A stretch of 64,000 nucleotides of DNA from Methylobacterium sp. Lineage in GTDB: Bacteria > Pseudomonadota > Alphaproteobacteria > Rhizobiales > Beijerinckiaceae. Below are positions 47,643 to 56,336 of this stretch, piece by piece (the stretch's first letter is position 1; each line of letters starts with the position of its first letter). The stretch lies in contig JADCBP010000008.1 of NCBI GenBank assembly GCA_020253445.1, forward strand, positions 75,787-139,786. Direction: 5' to 3'. Under the pieces are notes generated by a model. The model worked only from the letters and a program-made list of their open reading frames with translations, did no database searches and was not told the origin of the DNA. The position numbers and the translations under genes were made by a program.

Positions 47643-48919
47643 CTGAAGAGCGCGGGCAGCCAGAGCGAGAAGCCCGGCACATAGGTTACCAGCATCAGCA
47701 CCGCGACGCTCGCGCCATAGAAGGGCCAGATCGTGCGCATGCTCTCGCTGATCGAGACCTTGCCGATCGCACAGGCCACGAATTGCACCGAGCCGACCGG
47801 CGGGGTGTTGAGCCCGATGCCCGCATTGAGGATCAGGATCACGCCGAAATGCACGGGGTCCACGCCGATGGCCTTCACCACGGGCAGGAAGATTGGCGTG
47901 CAGATGATGATCATCGGCGCCATGTCCATGAAGGTGCCGAGCACCAGCAGGATGATGTTGACCATCAGCAGGATCACCAGCGGATTATCAGAGATCGACT
48001 TCATCAGGCTGATCGTCGCCGCAGGCACCTGCAGGAAGGCCATCAGCCAGCCGAAGGAGGAGGCGGCGCCGATCACCAGCAGCACCATCGCGGTGGTGCG
48101 CACCGCGCCGAGCGTCGCCTGCACGAAGCCTTCAAGGCTCAGGCTGCGATAGACGAAGATCGTGACCAGCAGCGCATAGACCACCGCCACGCAGGAGGAT
48201 TCGGTGGCCGTGAACACTCCCGAACGCACACCGCCGAAGATGATGCCGATGAGCAGGATGCCCGGCATGGCAGCCACGAAATAGCGCATCACCGTGAACC
48301 AGCCGGGGAAGATATCGGCGGGGTAGCCGCGCTTCACGGCCACCAGCCACGCGGCGATCATCAACGCCCCTGCCAGCAGCAAACCGGGAATGACGCCCGC
48401 CGTGAACAAATCGGCGATCGAGATCGTGCCGCCTGCCGCGAGCGAATAGATGATCATGTTGTGCGAAGGCGGGATCAGCAGCGCGATGATCGCGGCATTC
48501 GCGGTCACGTTCACCGCGTAATCCGGGGCGTAGCCGCGCTTCACCATCTGCGGGATCATGATGCCGCCCACCGCGCTGGCATCGGCCACCGCCGAGCCCG
48601 AAATGCCGCCGAACAGGGTGCAGGTGATGACATTCACCTGCCCGAGGCCGCCGCGCAGATGCCCGACGAGGCCCGCCGCGAACTGGATGAGCCGGTCGGC
48701 GATGCCGCCACGGATCATCAGGTCGCCGGAATAGATGAAGAAGGGGATCGCGAGCATCGCGAAGGCGTTCATGCCGGTCGAGAGCTGCTGGAACACCACC
48801 ACCGGCGGAATGCCCATGTAGAGCACGGTCGTGAGCGAGGAGAGCCCGAGACAGAAGGCCACGGGAATGCCCATCAGCAGCATGATCGCGAAGGTGCCGA
48901 AGAGGATCGTGATTTCCAT
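47639..48919 (-). CDS. TRAP transporter large permease (DctM), system 2
   Basis: 426 aa with GIPVAFCLG, AIPFFIYSGDLM and FGGISGSAVADASAVG. Confidence 0.9.
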   Translation of the reverse strand: MEITILFGTFAIMLLMGIPVAFCLGLSSLTTVLYMGIPPVVVFQQLSTGMNAFAMLAIPFFIYSGDLMIRGGIADRLIQFAAGLVGHLRGGLGQVNVITCTLFGGISGSAVADASAVGGIMIPQMVKRGYAPDYAVNVTANAAIIALLIPPSHNMIIYSLAAGGTISIADLFTAGVIPGLLLAGALMIAAWLVAVKRGYPADIFPGWFTVMRYFVAAMPGILLIGIIFGGVRSGVFTATESSCVAVVYALLVTIFVYRSLSLEGFVQATLGAVRTTAMVLLVIGAASSFGWLMAFLQVPAATISLMKSISDNPLVILLMVNIILLVLGTFMDMAPMIIICTPIFLPVVKAIGVDPVHFGVILILNAGIGLNTPPVGSVQFVACAIGKVSISESMRTIWPFYGASVAVLMLVTYVPGFSLWLPALFR

Positions 48920-48922
48920 GGC

Positions 48923-49456
48923 TCAGACCTCCGAACCATGGCGGCCGGAGACCAGCGGCATGGGCTGGAGCCGTTCCCCGCTGGCCTGAAGCAGGAGTTT
49001 TTCGAGCGAGAACAGCAGGATCAGCGCGCCGCCGGCGATGATGGGCACGTAATCCCAGCCCTTGGAAATGCCGATCATCGGCAGGCGGTCGCTCCAGACC
49101 TTGGCGGCGAGCTGGCTGCCATAGAGCATCATGGCGCCGCCGAAGATCGCCACCAGAATTTCGTTCACCACCACGAGCGCCGCGCGCCATTTGCCCTGCG
49201 CATGGAAGAGCAGCACGTCGAAACCCATATGATCGAGCTCGCGCACGCCCACGGCACCTCCGAGCAGGATGAACCAGAGCATCAGGAAAAGGGAGGCGGG
49301 TTCGCCCCAGGTGGGCGTGGCATTGAGCACATAGCGGCCGAAGACGGTCCACGCGACAATGGACGTCATCAGCACGAGCCCGGTGCCCGCCGCGACAAGA
49401 CAGAGAAGACTGAGCCGCGCGGCGAAGCGGGAATAGGCGTTTGCAAAGGCCTTCAT
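48923..49456 (-). CDS. TRAP transporter small permease (DctQ), system 2
   Basis: From ATG 49456: 177 aa with 4 TM segments, ending 3 nt before the dctM start. Confidence 0.8.
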   Translation of the reverse strand: MKAFANAYSRFAARLSLLCLVAAGTGLVLMTSIVAWTVFGRYVLNATPTWGEPASLFLMLWFILLGGAVGVRELDHMGFDVLLFHAQGKWRAALVVVNEILVAIFGGAMMLYGSQLAAKVWSDRLPMIGISKGWDYVPIIAGGALILLFSLEKLLLQASGERLQPMPLVSGRHGSEV

Positions 49457-49523
49457 GATGCGCCCCCGGGCAGCAGAATCAACGAATACGGCTCCGGACG
49501 GCGCGAGCGAAGCGGTGCCCCGC

Positions 49524-49561
49524 CGGAAAAAAGAGACGGAGGCGGCCAAAGGCCGCCTCCG
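49524..49561 (-). terminator. intrinsic terminator directly after dctP (system 2)
   Basis: Perfect 11-bp stem CGGAGGCGGCC-aaa-GGCCGCCTCCG (49537-49561). On the minus strand it is followed by TCTCTTTTTTCC. It starts 15 nt after the dctP stop. Confidence 0.8.
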
Positions 49562-49575
49562 CCGGGAGAAAATCG

Positions 49576-50556
49576 TTATTTCGCCGCCTGGATGCGGGCG
49601 ACGAGCGCCTTCAGGGCCGGATCCGTCACGAAGCGATCATAGACAGGCTTCATCGCATCGATGAAGGGCTGCTTCTCGACCGTGTTGATCACCGCGCCGC
49701 CGGCGCGGACCTTGGCTTCCGAGGCTTTCTCGCGCGCATCCCAGAGCTCGCGCATCTTCGCCACGCTCTCCTTCGCGGCGGCTTTCACCAGCGCCTGATC
49801 TTCCTTCGAGAGCTTGTCCCAGGACTTCTTCGACATCACCAGCACTTCCGGGCTCAGCGAATGCTCGGTGAGCGAATAGAATTTCGAAACCTCGAAATGC
49901 TTCGTGGATTCGTAGGACGGCCAGTTATTCTCCGCGCCGTCGATCACGCCGGTCTGGAGCGCCGAATAGACTTCACCGAAGGCCATCGGGGTCGCGTTCG
50001 CGCCGAGCGCCGAGACGAGCGCCACGAACATGTCCGATTGCTGCACGCGGATCTTCATGCCCTTCATGTCATCGGGCTTCGTGATCGGGCGCTTGGAATT
50101 GTAGAAGGAGCGCGAGCCGGAATCATAGAAGGCGAGGCCCACGAGGTCGTGCTTCTCGAATTCCTTCAGGATGTCATCGCCGATCGGGCCGTCCATCACG
50201 TTCCTCATATGCGCGACCGAGCGGAAGATGAAGGGCAGCGAGGGCACGTTGGTCGCCGGGATCAGGTTGTTGAACGGCGCCATGTTGATGCGGTTGATAT
50301 CAATCACACCGAAGCGGGTCTGCTCGATCGTGTCCTTCTCGTTGCCGAGCTGGGCCGAGTGGAAGACGTTGATCTTGAGGCGCCCGTTGGTGCGCTGATC
50401 GAGAAGCTGACCCATGAAGCGCACCGCTTCCACCGTGGGGTAATCCGTCGGGTGAATGTCGGTCGAGCGCAGCACGGTCTGCGCGCTGGCAGGGCTCGCG
50501 AGAAGGCCGGCGGCGAGGGCCGAGGCCATGAGGCTGAACTGGCGGCGGGTGGTCAT
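49576..50556 (-). CDS. TRAP transporter substrate-binding protein (DctP), system 2
   Basis: MTTRRQFSLMASALAAGLLASPASAQ signal. DctP core: INVFHSAQLGNEKDTIEQTRFGVIDI, MKIRVQ, VIDGAENN. Confidence 0.9.
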   Translation of the reverse strand: MTTRRQFSLMASALAAGLLASPASAQTVLRSTDIHPTDYPTVEAVRFMGQLLDQRTNGRLKINVFHSAQLGNEKDTIEQTRFGVIDINRINMAPFNNLIPATNVPSLPFIFRSVAHMRNVMDGPIGDDILKEFEKHDLVGLAFYDSGSRSFYNSKRPITKPDDMKGMKIRVQQSDMFVALVSALGANATPMAFGEVYSALQTGVIDGAENNWPSYESTKHFEVSKFYSLTEHSLSPEVLVMSKKSWDKLSKEDQALVKAAAKESVAKMRELWDAREKASEAKVRAGGAVINTVEKQPFIDAMKPVYDRFVTDPALKALVARIQAAK

Positions 50557-50639
50557 TTGTGGTTTCCTCCGGTTGTTTTCCCCGGTTCAGGCCGGGGTAT
50601 TCGGGTCGTCGAAATCGTCTCTTTGGCAGGCGAAAGGCA

Positions 50640-51011
50640 TCAGGAAGGACGAATGAACTCCTCCCGCATGGGGTTGAAGGCGTCGATCAGGCAGCCCGCT
50701 TCCAGCGCTTTCGCGCCGTGCAGCATGTTTCCGGGCACGTAGAAGCTGTCACCCTGCACCAGCGTGCGGGTTTCCCCCGCTATCGTGATCTCGAAGCGGC
50801 CGCTCTCGACATAGGAATTCTGGGCGTGCGGGTGCTTGTGCTCCGGGCCCACGGCGTCGGGTTCGAACACCACGCGCACCAGCATCAGATCGCGCCCATG
50901 CGCGAGGATCTGGCGTTTCACGCCCGGATCGGTCGGCTCCCACAGGCTCTCGGCCGTATGCGCGAAAGGCGAGCCGGTCTTCGGCTGGCGGAGGGTGATG
51001 CTGCTGCTCAT
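50640..51011 (-). CDS. cupin-domain protein, KdgF-like
   Basis: Cupin motifs GPEHKHPHAQNSYVESG and GDSFYVPGNMLHG. Its position between TRAP system 2 and kduD/kduI suggests KdgF-type unsaturated-uronate processing. ATG 51011 overlaps the kduD stop (ATGA); ATG 51023 is an alternative start. Confidence 0.6.
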   Translation of the reverse strand: MSSSITLRQPKTGSPFAHTAESLWEPTDPGVKRQILAHGRDLMLVRVVFEPDAVGPEHKHPHAQNSYVESGRFEITIAGETRTLVQGDSFYVPGNMLHGAKALEAGCLIDAFNPMREEFIRPS

Positions 51012-51784
51012 CTTGCGAGCCATCCTCCATCCACCGGCAGGATCGCGCCATGAATGTAATCCGCGGCGGCGCTAGCGAGGAACACTGCCGCGCCGCCGAT
51101 ATCCGCCGGGTTTGCCCACCGCCCCGCGGGAATGCGCGCGAGGATCGCCGCATTGCGATCCGGGTCGGCGCGCAGGGCTTGCGTGTTGTTCGAGACGACA
51201 TAGCCCGGAGCGATGGCGTTCACGTTGAGGCCCTTCGCCGCCCATTCGCAGGCGAGAAGCCGCGTGATGCCCGCCACGCCGCCCTTGCTCGCGGTGTAGG
51301 AAGCGACGCGGATGCCGCCCTGGAAGGAGAGCAGCGAGGCGATGTTGATGATCTTGCCCGTGCTCCCACGCGCCAGCACATGCTTCGCGAAGCTCTGCGC
51401 GAGGAAGAACACGGCCTTGAGATTGAGGTCCATCACCTCATCCCAATCCTGCTCCGAGAATTCGAGCGCATCCGCGCGGCGGATGATGCCTGCATTGTTC
51501 ACAAGGATGTCGAGCGGCCCGAAAGCACCGGCGGCCTGCTCGATCAGCGCCTGTCGCTGATCCGCCTGGCCGAGATCAGCCTTCAGCGACCGGCAATGCC
51601 CGCCGACCTGCCGGATCAGCGCCTCGGTCTCGGCCATCGACGAGCGCGCGACGCCGATCACCTCCGCCCCGGCCTCCGCGAGCGCAATCGCGATGCCCTG
51701 GCCGATGCCGGTATTCGCGCCGGTGACGAGCGCGCGCCTGCCTTCAAGGCGGAAGGAATTGGCGAGGCGGGCAGGCTGGGCCAT
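51008..51784 (-). CDS. kduD: 2-dehydro-3-deoxy-D-gluconate 5-dehydrogenase
   Basis: 258-aa SDR with LVTGANTGIGQGIA, NNAGI and YTASKGGVAGITR. It is adjacent to and overlapping kduI. Confidence 0.8.
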   Translation of the reverse strand: MAQPARLANSFRLEGRRALVTGANTGIGQGIAIALAEAGAEVIGVARSSMAETEALIRQVGGHCRSLKADLGQADQRQALIEQAAGAFGPLDILVNNAGIIRRADALEFSEQDWDEVMDLNLKAVFFLAQSFAKHVLARGSTGKIINIASLLSFQGGIRVASYTASKGGVAGITRLLACEWAAKGLNVNAIAPGYVVSNNTQALRADPDRNAAILARIPAGRWANPADIGGAAVFLASAAADYIHGAILPVDGGWLAR

Positions 51785-52629
51785 CAGCGCAGCTCCGCCA
51801 TGGCCACCGGGTCCATGTCGGTGAATTCCACGTTGTCCCCGCCCATGCCCCAGATGAAGCTGTAACTTGACGTGCCGCAGCCCGAATGGATCGACCAGTT
51901 CGGCGAGAGGATCGCCTGCTCGTTGGCCACCACGAGATGACGCGTCTCGCCGGGCTCGCCCATGAGGTGGATGACGCGCGCATCCGGTCCGAGATCGAAA
52001 TAGAGATAGGCTTCCGAGCGCCGGTCATGCGTATGCGCGGGCATGGTGTTCCAGACCGAGCCGGTCGCAAGATGCGTGAGGCCCATCACGAGCTGGTTCG
52101 TGTCGCACAATGCAGGAACGATATACTGGTAGATCATGCGCTGGTTCGAGGTCTCGGGGGAGCCGAGTTCGATCCTCCTTGCCTCCGCCTGGCGGATGAG
52201 CTTTGCCACGGTCACGCGCGTGCCCGGCATCGAGAGAAGATAGAACTTCGCCGGATGGCTTGCTTCGATGCTGGCGAAGGACACCGCGGTCGAGCCCGGC
52301 GGCAGATAGAGCGCGTCGAGCCGCGCCAGCGGATAGGCGTGGCCGCTCGCAAAGACCATGCCCGGTCCGCCGACATTGATGATCCCGACCTCGCGCCGCG
52401 CGAGGAAATCCGGCGTGCCCGTCGGCTTGTAGGGGGCGAGTGCGACCGGTGCCCCCACCGGCATCGCGCCGCCCACGATCATGCGATCGAGATGGCTGAA
52501 GGTGAGGCGCAGCCTGCCGGCCTCGAACAGGCTCTCGATGAGGAAATCCGCCCGCAGCTGGCTGGTATCATAGCGCTTCACATCACGCGGATGGGCGGCC
52601 TGGCGCATGTCGATGGCGTGGGCATTCAT
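51784..52629 (-). CDS. kduI: 5-dehydro-4-deoxy-D-glucuronate isomerase
   Basis: 281 aa with LRADFLIESLF, REVGIINVGG and MPAHTHDRRSEAYLYFDL...IHSGCGTSSYSFIWGMGGDN, the KduI signature. Confidence 0.9.
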   Translation of the reverse strand: MNAHAIDMRQAAHPRDVKRYDTSQLRADFLIESLFEAGRLRLTFSHLDRMIVGGAMPVGAPVALAPYKPTGTPDFLARREVGIINVGGPGMVFASGHAYPLARLDALYLPPGSTAVSFASIEASHPAKFYLLSMPGTRVTVAKLIRQAEARRIELGSPETSNQRMIYQYIVPALCDTNQLVMGLTHLATGSVWNTMPAHTHDRRSEAYLYFDLGPDARVIHLMGEPGETRHLVVANEQAILSPNWSIHSGCGTSSYSFIWGMGGDNVEFTDMDPVAMAELR

Positions 52630-54029
52630 AGCCGATACGCCTCCCTGGCGAGCCGGTAGGCAAGGTCATGCGCGAGTTCGGCCGCATCATCCTCTTCAAG
52701 GCGATGTTCCGCCACGAGGCGGGCGAGATAGGCGCAGTCGCAGCGCCGCGCGACATCATGGCGCGCGGGGATCGAGAGATAGGCCCGGGTGTCGTCGTTG
52801 AAGCCGACCGTGTTGTAGAAACCGGCGGTTTCGGTGGTCGCCTCGCGGAAGCGGCGGATGCCTTCGACTGAATCGAAGAACCACCAGGGCGGGCCGAGCT
52901 TCAGCGCCGGATAATGCCCGGCGAGCGGCGCCAATTCGCGCGAATAGGTTGTTTCGTCCAGCGTGAAAAGGATGATCGTCAGGTTCGGCTCGTTGCCCAC
53001 CGCATCGAGCAGCGGCTTCAAAGCGCCCACATAATCGGTCCGCGAGGGGATATCCGCGCCCATGTCGCGCCCGAAATCATGGAAGATCCCGGTATTGTGG
53101 TTGCGCCAGGAACCGGGATGGATCTGCAGGACAAGCCCGTCATCGAGGCTCATCTTCGCCATTTCCGTCAGCATCTGGCCACGGAAGAGATCGGCTTCGG
53201 CGGGTGTCACTTGGCCGCGCACCACCTTGCCGAACAGGGCCTCGGCCTCCTGCGGGGAAAGGTTCGCGGTTGTCGCGCGGGCATGGCCATGGTCGCTCGC
53301 GGTTGTGCCCCGGGCCTTGAAGAAGGCGCGACGCTTGCGATGCGCGGCGAGATAGCCGCGCCATGTCATCACGTCCTCGCCGGTCAATTGCCCCAGCTTG
53401 ACGATATTGCTGTGAAAACCCTCGAATTCCGGGTCCACCACATGATCCGGCCGGTAGGTCGGGATGACGCGGCCCTTCCAGCCGGATTTCAGGATCGCAT
53501 CGTGATGTTCGAGGTTGTCCAGCGCGCTGTCGGTGGTCGCGATCACCTCGATGTTGAACTGCTCGTAGAGCGCACGTGGCCGCAGCGCCGGGGATGCGAG
53601 CTTTTCCGACATCACGTCGTAGAAATGGTCGGCGTTCTTCGTGTTCGGCGGATCGGCGAGGCCGAAGACGGTCTCGAGCGTGTGCTCCATCCAGATCTGG
53701 CTTGGCGTGCCGCGAAACAGATGCCAGTTCGCCGCGAAGAGACGCCAGATCGTGCGCCCGTCCGTCTCCACCGGGCCGCCATCCCTGCGCTTCACGCCCA
53801 GGCGCTCCAGCGGAATACCTCGCGAATAGAGCATGCGGAAAATGTAGTGATCCGGCTTGATCAGCAGGGTCGCGGGGTCGGGGAAGGCGGCGTTGTTGGC
53901 ATACCAGGCCGGGTCGGTATGGCCATGTGGCGAGACGATCGGCAGCCGCTCGATGGCGGCGAAGAGCCGCCGCGCGATCCCGCGCATGGCGGTCTCGCCC
54001 GGGAAAAGCCGATCCTCATGCAGAGCCAT
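52626..54029 (-). CDS. uxaC: glucuronate isomerase
   Basis: From ATG 54029: LPIVSPHGHTDPAWYANN, DHYIFRMLYSRGI, FNIEVIATTDS, LQIHPG and GHYPALKLGPPWWF. Confidence 0.9.
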   Translation of the reverse strand: MALHEDRLFPGETAMRGIARRLFAAIERLPIVSPHGHTDPAWYANNAAFPDPATLLIKPDHYIFRMLYSRGIPLERLGVKRRDGGPVETDGRTIWRLFAANWHLFRGTPSQIWMEHTLETVFGLADPPNTKNADHFYDVMSEKLASPALRPRALYEQFNIEVIATTDSALDNLEHHDAILKSGWKGRVIPTYRPDHVVDPEFEGFHSNIVKLGQLTGEDVMTWRGYLAAHRKRRAFFKARGTTASDHGHARATTANLSPQEAEALFGKVVRGQVTPAEADLFRGQMLTEMAKMSLDDGLVLQIHPGSWRNHNTGIFHDFGRDMGADIPSRTDYVGALKPLLDAVGNEPNLTIILFTLDETTYSRELAPLAGHYPALKLGPPWWFFDSVEGIRRFREATTETAGFYNTVGFNDDTRAYLSIPARHDVARRCDCAYLARLVAEHRLEEDDAAELAHDLAYRLAREAYRL

Positions 54030-54114
54030 GCTGTTAGGTTCCCGACGCCCAAATCCCCTGACAGTCTTCTTGAATCTCCCGCCGGCATGGCCGGCTTGCT
54101 GTCTTGGCATTAGC

Positions 54115-54130
54115 GATATACTAATATATC
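54115..54130. promoter_or_regulatory. perfect AT-rich palindrome, candidate GntR operator in the uxaC/gntR divergent region
   Basis: GATATA-ctaa-TATATC. It is the only AT-rich patch in the 143-bp gap between uxaC (start 54029, -) and the GntR gene (start 54173, +). Confidence 0.5.
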
Positions 54131-54172
54131 AGTCTGTCAATCACGGCACGGCGCAACGAGGCTGCGAGGGCG

Positions 54173-54937
54173 ATGGGGGAAGGCACGAGGCATGGCCCGG
54201 CGGTGGAACCGCCGAATCTCGCGCTGTCGCCGGGGCGCCGGGTCGGCCGGCGTCCGGGCCCGCCGCTGGTTGCGCGCCCGGCCCGCGCCAGCGCGTCGAG
54301 CCTTGTCGAGAACGAACTCCGGCAGGCCATCATCGCGATGCGCCTCAAGCCGGGCGAGGCGCTCAACGAAAAGGAGATCGCGGCACGGTTCGGGCTGAGC
54401 CGCACGCCCGTGCGCGAAGCAATGCTGCGCCTGAAGGATGACGAGCTGATCGAGATATTCCCGCAATCCGGCACCTTCGTCGCGCGAATCCCGATCGGTA
54501 AAATTCCCGAGGCGGTGGTGATCCGACAGGCGCTGGAGGCGATGGCGGCGGAGCAGGCGGCAAGGCGCCGGGACGAGACCATGTTCCGGCGTCTGCGCGA
54601 AATCATCGGCGAACAGGAAAGGGCTGCGCGCGAAGCTGATCCCGGCCGTTTTCACGAGGCGGACGAAGCCTTCCATGCGCTGATTTCCGATGCCGCGGGC
54701 TTCCCCGGCATCTGGCGCATGGCGCAGACGGTGAAGGCACAGGTCGATCGCTGCCGTCGTCTGACTTTGCCGGTTCCCGGCCGCATGGCACGTGTGATCC
54801 TGGAGCACCAGCGCATTCTCGGCGCGATCATGGACGGCGATGAGGCCGGCGCGCGCCAGGCGCTGACCCGGCATCTCGAAACGGTTCTCCCCGATCTCGA
54901 GGAGCTTCGCCGCGAGAACCCGGATTACTTCGTCTAG
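54173..54937 (+). CDS. GntR family (FadR/FCD-type) transcriptional regulator
   Basis: Winged HTH LNEKEIAARFGLSRTPVREAMLRLKDDELIEI plus an all-helical FCD-like C-domain (FHEADEAFHALI, EHQRILGAIMDGD). The roughly 40 aa at the N-terminus are low complexity, so the true start may be later. Confidence 0.85.
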   Translation: MGEGTRHGPAVEPPNLALSPGRRVGRRPGPPLVARPARASASSLVENELRQAIIAMRLKPGEALNEKEIAARFGLSRTPVREAMLRLKDDELIEIFPQSGTFVARIPIGKIPEAVVIRQALEAMAAEQAARRRDETMFRRLREIIGEQERAAREADPGRFHEADEAFHALISDAAGFPGIWRMAQTVKAQVDRCRRLTLPVPGRMARVILEHQRILGAIMDGDEAGARQALTRHLETVLPDLEELRRENPDYFV

Positions 54938-55108
54938 AGCGCAAACCGATCTGATTGAAAGAGATCCGGCGCTCACTCTTCTTGTTTTCGCATCCGCTTT
55001 TTTTCGCCAACCTTTATCCACTTGGCGGGCGGATGCTCTAGAAGTTGCCCGTGCCGGTGCCCTCTTCCGGGAGGAAAAACTCCTTCTCGCGGGATGTCCC
55101 TGATGCGC

Positions 55109-55183
55109 GAGGGAGGGTGGAGAGAGGGAGGGTGGAGAGAGGGAGGGTGAAGAGAGGGAGGGTGAAGAGAGGGAGGGCGGAGA
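55109..55183. repeat. 15-bp G-rich tandem repeat x5 (G-quadruplex-capable)
   Basis: GAGGGAGGGTGGAGA x2, GAGGGAGGGTGAAGA x2, GAGGGAGGGCGGAGA x1. This gives ten GGG tracts on the + strand, in the intergenic region between gntR and the ABC operon. Confidence 0.95.
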
Positions 55184-55529
55184 ACTGGCCAATCGGCCCG
55201 GGTTCCGCGACCGGCCTTGCGCCGGAGCTTCGCCAGGCGCGGCGTGGATCGAGCCGGGTTCGTCCGCCGCAATGCCCTAAGGACCGATCGCGGGTGCCGG
55301 ACGCGGTCGGATCCCCGGTTGCGCGGGGCCGGGTTTTCGGCGCCGTTTCGCCATGGGATGGCTCGGTGCCTGTGCCCGTGGGTCGGATGCCCCGGCTTGC
55401 CGGATGTGCACTGGCATGGCTCTATTCCGGCGGGGCTTCATTTTCGGCTTGAGCTGGTCAGAAATGTTGACCTAACTTGGTTCCAGAAAACGATCCGCGC
55501 CCAAAGATTGCGGAAAGTTGGGGGGCAAC

Positions 55530-56336
55530 ATGACAACGGCCGTGCACCTCGCGGGTGTCTCGGTGGCCTATGGTCTGGCCGGGGGCGGGCGCTACGAGGC
55601 GGTTCAGCCGGTCGATCTTTCGGTGCGCGATGGCGAGTTCGTCGCGCTGCTGGGACCCACCGGCTGCGGAAAATCCACGCTTCTGAACATCGCCGCCGGG
55701 CTGATGCCGCCTTCCGGCGGTCGATGCGAGATTTTCGGCCAGAAACTCTCGGGGTTGAACGCCAAGGCCGGTTACCTCTTCCAGCAGGATGCGCTGATGC
55801 CGTGGAAGACGGCGCAGGATAACGTCTCGATCGGCCTTGAGGTTAAGGGTGTGTCGCGTGCAGAAGCGCTGGCGCGCTCAAAGGCGATGCTCGCGAAAGT
55901 GGGCCTTGGTGCCTTCGGCGATCGCTACCCGCACCAGCTCTCCGGCGGGCAGAAGAAGCGCGTGGCCCTCGCGCAGGTGCTGATCCGTGAGCCGAAAATC
56001 CTGTTGATGGACGAGCCCTTCGGCCCGCTCGACGCCCAGACCCGCCTCATCATGAGCGAATTGCTGCTCGATCTGTGGCAGCAGGATCGCAAGGCGGTGA
56101 TGTTCGTGACCCATGATCTCGATGAAGCCATCGCGCTTTCGGATCGTGTGATGGTCATGTCCGCCGGGCCGCAATCGCGCTTCATCGGCGAGTTCATCGT
56201 GAACCTTCCGCGCCCGCGCGACATCGCGGAGGTGCGCTCCGAGCCGGCCTTCCACAAGCTGCACGCGGAGATCTGGTCGTGCCTGCGCGAGGAAGTGCGC
56301 AAGACCTATGGCCTGGCCGGAAAAGGGGCCGCCTGA
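55530..56336 (+). CDS. ABC transporter ATP-binding protein (NitT/TauT family)
   Basis: Walker A GPTGCGKST, signature LSGGQKKRVALA, Walker B ILLMDEPF. Confidence 0.9.
   Translation: MTTAVHLAGVSVAYGLAGGGRYEAVQPVDLSVRDGEFVALLGPTGCGKSTLLNIAAGLMPPSGGRCEIFGQKLSGLNAKAGYLFQQDALMPWKTAQDNVSIGLEVKGVSRAEALARSKAMLAKVGLGAFGDRYPHQLSGGQKKRVALAQVLIREPKILLMDEPFGPLDAQTRLIMSELLLDLWQQDRKAVMFVTHDLDEAIALSDRVMVMSAGPQSRFIGEFIVNLPRPRDIAEVRSEPAFHKLHAEIWSCLREEVRKTYGLAGKGAA

Noticed and set aside
43194-49642. Long + strand ORFs (43194-45200, 668 aa; 44845-46020, 391 aa; 46107-47684, 525 aa; 47276-49642, 788 aa).
   Set aside because: All are antisense to TRAP and UxuB-like genes that have clear family motifs and operon-style overlaps. 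The translations are Arg/His/Gly-rich and domain-free.
54137-55192. A 351-aa minus-strand ORF beginning with PSLSS/PSLSP repeats. Also the 99-aa (54973-55272, -) and 135-aa (55045-55452, +) ORFs across the 15-bp repeat.
   Set aside because: The repeat peptide is simply the translation of the G-rich tandem array. The rest of the 351-aa ORF is antisense to the GntR gene. There is no SD and no protein-like composition.
55184-55529. A TPP (THI-box) riboswitch upstream of the NMT1/THI5-like ABC operon.
   Set aside because: I looked for the CTGAGA ... ACCTGA ... core on the + strand and found none. The only notable element is GGTCA-N7-TGACC at 55455-55471.
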